From contig NC_045697.1 of the NCBI RefSeq assembly GCF_009834535.1, positions 60,948,001-61,012,000 of the forward strand: a DNA stretch of 64,000 bases. The letters run 5' to 3'. The position numbers were made by a program, and so were the translations under genes. This document shows, one piece after another, positions 53,401-64,000 of the stretch. The number at the start of each line of letters is the position of its first letter. Within the stretch, counting starts at the first letter, position 1. The stretch is from Camelus ferus (Eukaryota). Under the pieces are notes generated by a model that searched no databases, was not told where the DNA came from, and worked only from the letters and a program-made list of their open reading frames with translations.

Positions 53401-53605
53401 GCCATCTGACTTGTGGTTTTAGATGTAATTTTAGGAATAAATATATTTTGAGAGTTTGTTCTTTCAGTTTTTTTTTTTTAATTCTGGTAATAAGTGTTTT
53501 CTAGAAAAAATATATTTTACCTTAAACAAATTAATATATATTATATGGTATTTGCAGTATGTTTCCAATAACATGAAAGTATTCCTTTAGATTGGTTGGT
53601 CAATT

Positions 53606-54123
53606 TGTTACTGAGTCCAAACTCTTTCTGCTTGCTGTAAGATAGGCCCGTAAATCTGGAGACAAAGTGTTGAGGCAGAGAATAATGACTTTATTCAGAA
53701 AGCCAACAGACTGAGAAGATGGCAGACTAATGTCCTGGAGAACAATCTTACCCAAGTAGAATTCTGGCTCCTCTTATACTAAGAAGCGGGGGTGGGGGGG
53801 GTTGGTTGTTGCAAATTTCTTGGTGTCAGAATCCTTTGTTCTTGCAGCTGTTTATATAGGTCAGGTCATGGTGTTCCTGTAAACCTCCAACAGGACAAAT
53901 GTTATTCTCTGTTCTGCAACTTTTTATCTCTATATGAATGGGAAAGTGTTATACCCTTAAAGGTCAGAGCCTTGAGAATGACCTATCCTGTGTATTTCAG
54001 GCTACAGGCAACATGCTTTTACAAAAGATACAGAACCAGTATGACTAAGCACAGGAAACAGCACAGGGTTAGAGCTAAAGAAACAGATCTAATATGAAGT
54101 CAGATTTGTTCTTCTGTGTTATA
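53606..54123 (-). mobile_element. ERV1-class solo LTR
   Basis: Begins TGTTAC and ends TGTTATA; reverse-strand AATAAA (~53690) and TATA-like (~53775); 4-bp TSD AATT. Confidence 0.75.
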
Positions 54124-56799
54124 AATTTATCCTTCTCTGTTTATGTATACATATGCAGATTTATCACGGGCATAGAAGATGTCTGTACCGATCATTCCCA
54201 AATGTTATTATTAATTATTTTTGTGGTGTGATTTAGAGTGACTCATCACAGTTGTCTTTATATGTATTCATATAGCTAGAAATTTAATACTGAATTTTAC
54301 AAATACTAATACTTTTGTCTTAAACTCTCTTTGCTATGTTTTTCTTTCTGGACTACTGCATTTCATGTGTGTATTTGTTTAGTGTATAGTGTTCTCTGTT
54401 TTTTCTCTCAAACTTTTGTGTAATTTTGTTTTGTATATCACTTTCATATACCAAAGATGGTGGTATTAGCTGTCTTGTCCTCACTCATTTTTTAGAATCT
54501 GCTCACTTTTCCAAATTCCCTGAAATAGCTGATTGTACATATGGGATAACATTTACCCACAAAATGGCTACCATGAGCTGTTAATAAGATTCTCTTCCAT
54601 GAAAATATGAATTGAGATACAGAAATGATGGAAAATGTTTCATGTATGATAATGTGGCCAATAAAGTAGAGGTTTCAAACATCTGATTTTGACATTCAAA
54701 TGTCCTTCCTTCCTTAACATGGCTTTTCTAGCTTTTTCTTGGTTTTCTAGACTCCAAATGCATTAGCTACTGTTAGTTTCACATGCAGGTTTTTAATTTT
54801 GGCATCCAAATGTGTCTTAGCTATAATAATTACATGAGCAGCTTTTATTATTTGACTCTGTTTAAAATTTATTTTAGTTTTTGTCCTAGTCTAAGAAGCT
54901 TTGACTTTTCATAGGTTTTTATTTATATTGGTTGTTGTAATAGAAAATATCTGTTTTTTTTTCCTTAATTCTGTTTTATTCTCTCTCTGTTGTATAGATT
55001 ATATTTCCATAGCTTTTATTTTCTGAGATATTTTAGAAAGCATTTTAGTCTCTTTTAATGTCCTAATAATATTTATCTTAAAATGTTTCAAAAAGTTAAT
55101 AATATGAAAAGTTATTTTTACTCCCAAATATTCAAGTCTATCATGTGTGATTGTATGTATGTGGTGTTAATATGTGAATATGTGTGGGGGCAAGTCCTCA
55201 CTTGTGTCATCCATATATTCTATGTTGTCATAGTTATACTTCCTTGTGTTATAATTAGGCTACATCTGTCCAGCCAGTGATTCAGTAAGTTAACAGAGTC
55301 AGTCAACTGCTTATCTGTCCATTTTTAATGTTTGCTTCTTTTCTTGCTTATTTGTTTGTTTTGGCTATAAAGTACTTGTGTAGATTGAATTCTTACTCCA
55401 AATCTTATTTCTCACAAGATTTTACCTTCTTTTCGGTCACGATTTCTTTGTGCTACCATTAACTGCAAGAAATCGTATAATTCATGGTAATATCATAAGT
55501 GAAAATCTTGAATCCCTGATATACACATCTCCCAGGTCTTTTTATCTTCCACCTCTTCCTCTTGCAGGGATTTGTAGAAAAGGTATTTCTTTCACAGCAA
55601 CTATGATAATATCATCCTGTCTTTCTGTATCTTTCCAGTTGTCATCTGCAATTTAAAGTCTGACTAGATGGACAAAAGTTAACTAAATAGGGACTTTGGG
55701 CATTACACTCAGCTAGTCTCACTGAGCAGTATCTAGTGTATAGAAATCAATATATCTTCAAACTTTCTATGTAATGCAAACTTTAATATTTCATTTCAGC
55801 CACAGATGGTATATAGATTGTCATTTGCCATTTATATTATAGTAATTTCTACTTTGAGACGCAAAATGAATTTATATCATGTGGTAGATACAAGAGATTC
55901 TTAAATTCAATTTATCTGTCTTATATTAGTTAATTTCTTCTTAGCTTCTGACATTAGGTTGATTTTGGGTGGTTTTTTTCTTTGTTATTATGTAATTACT
56001 GTGAGCTTTTTGTGTGATTTTATTGAGACAATCTATATTTGGGAGGCTATTAAAGAGATAATTTTGGATGATAAATAGACAAATACATTTAAACTTAGTT
56101 TTCACATTAGGTTTCCTTTTCACTTTTTTTGAGTTTTTTCCCTACTATTCACTTACTTTAGATAAAGTGTTTTTTCCTGCCAGATCTCCATGTAAGCAAT
56201 GATAAGAAGACAAACAGAATTTCTTACACGTAAGTGATGACCTCTACATTTGAGAATACCTTTAGAGCAAACAAACAAAACAAAGGATATCAAACCAACC
56301 AACCACCAAATAAAGAAACAGAGGATGTGGAAGCATGGTTTAGAGAGGCCACTTTATATTGACTCTAGTTAAGGACATAATTCTGAGGTACAAAACAAGT
56401 CCTAATAGCCCTCAATTGGCTCAGGTCAATCCTTCAGATGAGAAAATTACACAGGAATTTGTAGTCAAAATCCTCGGCAGTATGCACTTTCCTGAAGTAC
56501 TCGCTTGCCTGGAGTGCGCTCTGTGTTGATGAGACATCTCAGGAAACCACAGGGGTAGTAAACAGATGGATATGATTTAAAATGTTCTGGGACTGATTCT
56601 GGCCAGGAGTGTCTCAACTACCGTAACTAATCTCCTGAATGTTCTCACAGCTAATGGATTGTGGTGGCGTTGAGTTCCCTTCGTTTTTGTATAGCCATAC
56701 GTGCTGCACTACAATCATGAGAAGGAAAGGAGGGAAGGTACATGCTGAACAGAGGGAAAATTATTTCCCAATTTGTATCTTTGCTTTCTGCCAAGGCCA

Positions 56800-57200
56800 C
56801 TTTTTGGTATGGCTAATGCTGTCAAACAAGAAAGATAGAAAAGGATTAATTAATCAATATCTCCTAGGGTTTTTAGCTAAAAGGCTAATGCAAAGGCCAA
56901 GCACAGTCATTATCACTGTTTGGTCTGATTACAGTGATTATGTGACCTAGAAGAAAAATGTCAAAAAGGAGACATTCCCATTAATTTGCATTGTTAATAT
57001 AACTGTTGACAGCAAAGAAAAGTTTGCATCTCTGAATCAGATCCCCCAACAACAACAACAAAAAATCCAGCTGTCATGTCAATTGATATATTTGATAAAG
57101 CTAATTTGTCATAGCCAGAATCATTATTGTCATTCTACACTAACATTAAACATCTATTCATTACAGCTTGGAGAGCAATGCGTACGAAGTGTAGGGCTCA
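56800..57200. promoter_or_regulatory. Candidate conserved non-coding enhancer
   Basis: No recognised repeat; many TGTCA/TGACA sites, ATTTGCAT overlapping CATTGTT, and palindrome GATTAATTAATC. Motif evidence only. Confidence 0.4.
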
Positions 57201-58169
57201 GGAGGTTACTTGAAAGCATTTGTAGCTTTTCAGTGAGTGTACAAGTAATAGCGGCCCACATCTAAAACAGCAATCTTGGAAACTTTTAGCTTTTCACACA
57301 CACACACACACAAAAGGATACAATAATATTACTGTAATACAGATTAAAATAAAACAGTATCCACTGATGCACAGATAAATCTACAATATGTAAAGCTCTA
57401 GGAAAGAAAACATTTTATTAAAAACACTCTAGACTGTCCCTTAAAATCTTTTTTAACCAGACAATTAAATATCACCTTTAAGGTTTCTATTAAGTCTTTG
57501 ACAAAGTAAATGCATAGAATATATTGATTTAATTGTTTATTATCTTGGTTTATAATCTTTAAATATTTGGAACTACAGTATATAGGTCTCAACTTAAAAT
57601 CTTTCCCCAGTCCTGAGACTGCAAGAAGTAGGTAGGTCTGACTTTTTAAATTTAGAATTGTCTGATACTTCATAGCTTCAGGCAAGACTGTAGTTTCATA
57701 AAAAGTGCTAGCTCTGAGTGCACTCCCCTCCACCTGCCTCCACCAGCTAAATCTATGTCCTTTCCCCTTTGTTTGTATTTACAATATCATTTTCAGAAAC
57801 TATTCTATCCAGAGAGGTAAACATATGTATAGATTTCTATGATTTAATTAATAAGCACACAGTAATATAACAATACTATATATATACAAACATATAGATA
57901 TATTATTATATATAATAATATAAGTGATAGGATAAACATATACTATTATAGTATTGATACATGTGCATATGTGTGTGTATATATACATAAGTGTAAATAT
58001 ATAATATATATATGGAGAGAGGATAAATTGCAAAATCAATGATCACAAAATAAAATGAATTTTAACAACAAATGATACAGGCTGAAGCATTAAACAGACT
58101 ATTTCTTTACCATAATTCATTGAAATTAAAAATCAATGGTAAAAAGAAAGATTAAAACGTTCTCATATA

Positions 58170-59290
58170 GAAGTTAACAAGCAAAACCCCACACAACTAA
58201 AGTCATAGACCTAAATGTAAAACACAAAACTCTAAATCTTCTAGAAGATAAGAAAAAAATCTAGGTTACCTTGTCTGTAGTGATGACTTTTTAGATACAA
58301 CACAAAAAAGCACAATCCACACAAGAAAAAAGATAGTCGGACTTTATTAAAATAAAAGACTGCTCTGTGAAAGACACTTTTAAGAAAATGAAGACAAGCC
58401 ACAGGCTCACAGAAGATATGTACAAAACACATATTGGAAAAGGACTTGAATTCAATATACTGTAATACAGATTAAAATAAAACAGTATCCACTGATGCAC
58501 AGATAAATCTACAATATGTAAAGCTCTAGGAAAGAAAACATTTTATTAAAAACACTCTAGACTGTCCCTTAAAATCTTTTTTAACCAGACAATTAAATAT
58601 CACCTTTGAGAGTACAAAGAAGTCTCAAAATTCAATAGTAACAACACAATTGAAAAATGAGCAAAAGATCAGGACACCTCACAGAAGAAGATATACAGAT
58701 GCAAGTCAGCATAAGAAAAATGCTCAATATGTCATTAGGGAATTGCAAGTTTAAACAACAATGAGATACACCAATACACACCTTAAAAATTGGCTAAAAT
58801 TCAAAACTCTGACAATGCCAAATGCTGAGGAGGATGTGGAGCAAGAACTCTCAGTCATTGCTGGTGGGAATATAAAATAGTACAGCCACCTTGAAGACAG
58901 TTGTGTGGTTTCTTGCAGAGCTAAACATAATCTTACTATATAATCTAGCAATTATATAGTCCTAGATATTTAGCCAAATAAGTTGAAAACTTATATCCAC
59001 ACAAAAACCTGCCCATGGATGTTTATAGTAGCTTTATTCATAATTGCCAAAACTTACAAGCAGCCAAGATGTCCTTGAATAGATGAATGGATGAAAACCT
59101 GTACTACTTCCTTAAAATGGAATATTATTCAGTGATAAAAGAAAATGAGCTATCAAGCCACAAAAAGACATGGGGGAACCTTAAATGCATATTTCTAGGT
59201 GAATGAAGCCAGTCCAAAGAGGTTACATACTGTATAATTGTCATTATATGAGACTGTAAAAAAGATAAAATAATGAAGACAGTGAGGGCA
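58170..59290 (+). mobile_element. L1MB/MC ORF2 end and 3' UTR
   Basis: ATAGACCTAAATGTAAAACACAAAAC...ATGAGATACACC...CAAGATGTCCTTGAATAGATGAATGGAT; interrupted at 58458-58607. Confidence 0.9.
58458..58607 (+). repeat. Exact 150-bp direct copy of 57330-57479
   Basis: Base-by-base identical, offset 1128 bp. Confidence 0.97.
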
Positions 59291-61241
59291 CAGCCCAAGG
59301 TGGACAACAGTGGGGGACTATAAAGCACAAGGACCCTCTTGCTTAGGTCTCCAGGTGTGGCTGACTAGAGTTAGGGATATGTAAGTGACTTACAAAGCAT
59401 CCATCTGTCAGAAGCAACAAACTAGAGGTCTGTGCTGCAACATTAATGTATCTTGTATAATGTTGCTGGCTGAGAAAATACAGAACAGAATGAGGCTTAT
59501 TGAAATATATATATATAAACAACACTGTTTAAAAAGAAATATATATATGCCTAAGCATATATATTAAACACATTAGTGTGAATACCTATTAAGGTGACAG
59601 GAATGGAGTACTGGCTGAGATTAAGGAAAGAACTAATAAATACAGTATATCCTGAAATGAGGAGCATATTTAATTCTACTCTTTACTTTTGTGTTAATAA
59701 AATAGTAGTTAAAAAAAATTAAATAAATACTAGAACCTTTTGCTTTGGACTTGCATCTCTTGCCTAAGCCTCACCCTTCTTACCTTCACCTTTGGTTCAG
59801 CTCTCTGTTTGAAATATGATTCTCCATCCTAGCCTTTGTCCATGGCTACATTGCTCACAGTTTAAGCCGAGAACAAGTCTCCATTCATAACCTGTCTCTT
59901 TCAAAAGCCTTACTCAGACAATTCTGACTCACCCTAATAATGCCCTTTTACCACACAACATACTTACTCATTGATCCCTCCATTTGCTCCTTCAACAAAT
60001 ACTTATTGACACCTAACCAGGCTCAAACGAATGCACTGGTATTCTTGGAGAAAAGTTAAGTAACGATTCCCATGACTTAATGAGCTCACAATGTAGATAG
60101 AATCTCAGACAAGGGCATGAAATAAGTAAAGATTGAGTTTAACACAGAGTGATACGAATGCTGAAGCATTCTTGTGAATATTTTACCCAGTTCTCTAATA
60201 ATAGGCTAATGATTTACATAAATTATGTAATGGTTAATATTAAATATTGATGACCTTAATAACATTATACCATATTATTACACTAATATCCACCAGTATT
60301 GTACCAATACTATAAACAGTAGTAGTATTGTAACATGTTATTAATAATAAATTTAACCAAATAAATCTTAATGCAAAACCTGCTAAAAGTCATTGTTTAT
60401 ATCAGCCACTCCTCTGAAATCTTCACATTATTGCAAATAACCAAAAGTTGACTATCAATTAGCCACCAAAATTCACTAAGGAATCTCTAGTGGTGAGTTA
60501 TACTGTTGTCAGAAATACGCAAGGAATAAATATGCCTATAATTTTGTTTCTACAAGTTGCAAATATATTCCTATATTTATGGTTCAAGGTTTGCTGATTA
60601 CTTACAAGGTAGGTGACAGCAATCTTAGGAGAAATAAATTCCTAGTCTCTCAAGGGCAAGATCAAACTGCATTACCGGTAATCTCTAATCAGCCCTTTTT
60701 TTTTTTTTTTTTTTCCAATTTACAAAAGGAGTTCAGAATTTATCAGTACTCCTGCATTAATACTTGCAAGTATAAAATGATAAACAGTAAAGGGTATATT
60801 TTAGAAAAGTGCTAGCAAGCATTCAGTGACCAATTTGCCTAGATACTTGTATGCTTTCATTTTTAAGAACCAATTTCAGTAAGTGGAGTAAACATTTCCT
60901 GATATATCCTGTAGTGATGGCCCCTAACCTACTATTTGGCTGCTTCATTTAAGTAACATTTTATTTATTTTTCCAATATGTTCTTCCCCACATGTATTTC
61001 TGGGATAGCTATTAGATTCTTACTAGTTTCAGTCTCACTTTCTCTCGCTTAACCATAATGTAAGTGTGGACTCTTAATTCCAAGTGAATTTCATTCTACA
61101 TCCTGTTCTGAATATGAAGAAATGGAAAGTACATGCAGTATTTTCTAACTCGTGTCACCCTGAGTTTACCTCAGTATGTTTCAGATGTCTGTGTGCGGCT
61201 TCTCCAACGACTCCTGTGATTCCACAGTCACTCACTAGTAA

Positions 61242-61390
61242 ACAAACCAGCTTCATGGGTGTGAGGCCTGTGAAGTTCTCATGCTTAGAAGAGCCTCACA
61301 CTTGGGTTTAATACTCTGATATTACCATCTTGAAATTCTTAAAGATTTCTGAAGAAGGATTCCCACATTTCCAAATTAAGTAGTCTGTCT
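61242..61390 (+). mobile_element. MER91A-like hAT-Tip100 MITE
   Basis: CCAGCTTCATGGGTGTGAGGCCTGTG...GGTTTAATACTCTGATATTACCATCTTGAAATTCTTAA. Confidence 0.75.
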
Positions 61391-62469
61391 AGTATTTTTT
61401 GACTGTACAAAATAAGTATAGAAGAATAATGGAAGGATACACACAAATGGTAATAGTAGTTATCTTTAGATGATGGTATTAAGAATGATTTTAATTTTCT
61501 TTTCATCTTTCTTCCTTTTCTAATTTTCCTGATTTATAGAGATAAGGAAGGTTAAAAGTGTCAGAAATCCCTTGAGATGCAACAAATAGAACTTATGAGA
61601 TAGTCCTTTTGAGCTAAAGAATTTTGATCTGCAATACACAAGATATTTGCACTTATAAGGGTACAGATACGTTTACATCAGTAGTAGAACTTCACAGAAA
61701 ATGAAACAGAGTATGTAATCAACTAAGCATCTATATGATATTGGACCTAGAAAAAAATTTATAGAAGTGTTGAGTTCTCACAATGGCACTGGGTCACTGC
61801 ATAAAATTTCATTTTATTCTATTTTCCCTTAACACCCTCTGTTTTTCTATATTTGTCCCTATTTCACACATCTATGTTCATGACTATTTTTAAACTTAAT
61901 TCTAAAATCTAGAAGAAAATTAACAACAAAAACTTTTACAATTATCTGAATTGTATACCATCTAAGTTTAAGTGTGTAGGAAGCAAAGTTGGTTTGCAAA
62001 AGCAGACTGATTTCATTTTCATTGCCATTTTTCAGTAACTGTATTCCCCAGCCCCATCCCCCAGAAGGATAAGATTCAGCTGGTAATTAATTTTATAAAA
62101 ATTAGAAGAAGAAAGAAATCTTTTTATTCTGTTCTTCTCTTTGTCTATTCCAATTGTTACAGTCTTTCAAGGATGAGTATGCTGGATATTGTTTTTTATT
62201 CATTTTCATTTTTCTATATGGGTTGAAAGTAATTTATCTTAAAGCCAAGATATGAAGAAAATAAACTGTGGGAGGGCACATTGGTAACAGTCCCTTCAGT
62301 CTTTCTGTGGAACACTGTGTAAAAGAGAGAAATTCTAAGGGGAAAATTATGTAATTTCACATTCAGTTTCTGGAAATAGTCACCAATGAGGGTATTTAGA
62401 CAAGTTGCTTTGCAATTCTTGGAGTTACAAGGAAGGAATTAGAAGGTCAACATAACTTCGTGTTTAATA

Positions 62470-62670
62470 GTGTAGCCACTAATGCCAGCTTGCTGAGGTC
62501 AAATTCATAGCTGTGTGACTTTGGGCAAATAATTTACCCTTTCTCGGAGCTTTAGTCTCCTTAATTATAAGGTGGGAATGGTAACAGAGCTAAGTGAATT
62601 CTGATATGTGTAAGAAAGAATAATTCTTGGTACATAGTAAGGATCTTCAAAAGTGTGGGCAATTATTATT
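62470..62670 (+). mobile_element. MIR SINE
   Basis: TAGCTGTGTGACTTTGGGCAAATAATTTACCCTTTCTCGGAGCTTTAGTCTCC core. Confidence 0.75.
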
Positions 62671-62999
62671 ATGTATTTTATTTTCATTTAAAAATTACTC
62701 CATTCACTAAATTATACAAAATCATCTCCTGAAAAAGAAACTTTGGGAGAAAAGATACACACACACTTATATCACTAAGCTTAGGGCAAAAGGATCATAA
62801 TACCCTAAAGTGCTGTGATGTGGAAAACTCACACTCAACCTTTCATTACCGAGGCAGTCCCTCAGGAAATAAAAATGTATACTAATTACAATAGATTTTC
62901 CTGTTTATCCTTGTGCAGCATTTTTGATCCTCCTTCTCCTGGGAGTTGCTATTTCCAGGACTCATATGAAATGTATTTATCCAAACAGTATAGTGGGAG

Positions 63000-63435
63000 A
63001 ATGTAACTGATACCGTCATGCAATTCCCCAATATCCCTTCAGGACCAAAGGACTTTTCTTGGCTCCTGTGAGTGCTGATGGTGAAACACTCTCAGCTATC
63101 TGCCTTCTTGTATGGCTCCTTGGGCTGATGGTAGTAGACCTGCCTAAGGCCAGGTCCCTTCTTGGGACAATAGCATCCAAATGGCTGATGGACATGACAA
63201 GGGTTTGAAGGGTTAGCCCCCTTCCTCTAAACAGACAACTTTAGGTGGCCTGCCAGCTCTGGCACTTCCTGTGGGTTGCCTGAAGCATTTACTGCAGACC
63301 AGCTTGTCCCTTGACCCATTCTTATTGCTGTCTTTCTCTTCCAAAGGAGTTGACCCAAAGAGCAGTCTCTAGTAATACCTGATCTCTAATCTCTGTATCA
63401 AATTCTGCATCTCAGGGAATCTGATCTCTGATATG
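63000..63435 (+). mobile_element. LTR16-like ERVL LTR
   Basis: ATATCCCTTCAGGACCAAAGGACTT...GCATCCAAATGGCTGATGGACATG...TCTGCATCTCAGGGAATCTGATCT. Confidence 0.65.
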
Positions 63436-63784
63436 AGGTGAAGCAATTCCAAGTGGTACCCAATGTAATACCAAGAGAATGGCCCCTGAGCTTCAGTAGA
63501 ATGGAGGTGAAAGATCTGAAACAGAAAGAGACCCAGGTCCTAAAAGGCAAGGGCATTAGACAGAACATTTGCACAAAATTGGATGGAGTTCACATGTGTT
63601 TTATTTTTCTGTGTTGTGGGGGAAAAGCCAAAAGAGTTGTACTTGGCAGTGATGAGTATGGAGAGGATTTCAATTTAAAAAGACAGACTTTTAAAAAGAA
63701 TTAGCAGGTAATGTAAGAAAAGGGGTAGTGGAGAACTGGAAGAATGCTACCCTATCTCTTAGAATTTGGAAGAATGATAAAATC

Positions 63785-64000
63785 TTAGTAGTTTTTTCTT
63801 AGTCAACTCAGACTGCTACAACTGGTTACCATAGACATTTATTTCTTACTGTTCTGGAGGTTGGAAAGTCTGAGATTAGAATGCCCACAGCCTCCGTGTC
63901 TGGTGCGAGCTCTCTTCCTGGTTTACAGATGGCCCCCTTCTTGCTGTATCCTCACATGGCAGAGGGGGCTGTGTCTCTTGCTCTTCATACAAGGACATCA
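63785..64000 (-). mobile_element. MaLR LTR (MLT1-like), runs off window
   Basis: CATTTATTTCTTACTGTTCTGGAGGTTGGAAAGTCTGAGAT...TTCTTGCTGTATCCTCACATGGCAGAG. Confidence 0.8.

Noticed and set aside
53792..54097. Cys-rich 101-aa ORF
   Set aside because: Entirely within a solo LTR, non-ATG start; chance ORF.
56906..56946. Hairpin ATCACTGT...ACAGTGAT as a possible pre-miRNA
   Set aside because: Stem too short and interrupted; no match to a miRNA I recognise.
1..64000. Prokaryote-type systems (CRISPR, operons, IS elements)
   Set aside because: Sequence is mammalian; no gene-dense region or repeat-spacer array was seen.

Overview
AT-rich, CpG-depleted mammalian DNA, intergenic or from a large intron. 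It is probably from a camelid, inferred from two tRNA-derived Vic-1-like SINEs and cetartiodactyl-type L1 3' ends. I recognise no intact protein-coding gene; the listed ORFs look like chance ORFs or repeat fragments. Much of the window is old interspersed repeats (L1, L2, MIR, MaLR/ERVL/ERV1 solo LTRs, hAT MERs). Main observations: (1) a near full-length, decayed FLYWCH-plus-MULE (Mutator-like) DDE transposase at about 49.17-50.47 kb that can be threaded across frameshifts; (2) a candidate minus-strand transcription unit at about 35.9 kb with a TATA-like box, Inr, the only dense CpG cluster I noticed, and plausible splice sites; (3) an exact 150-bp local copy inserted in an old L1; (4) a tailless U6 retrocopy and a 5'-inverted L1; (5) several repeat-free blocks dense in homeodomain/SOX/POU/TALE motifs that resemble developmental enhancers. 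Repeat family names come from recalled consensus sequences, not a database search. Boundaries without a stated TSD are approximate.
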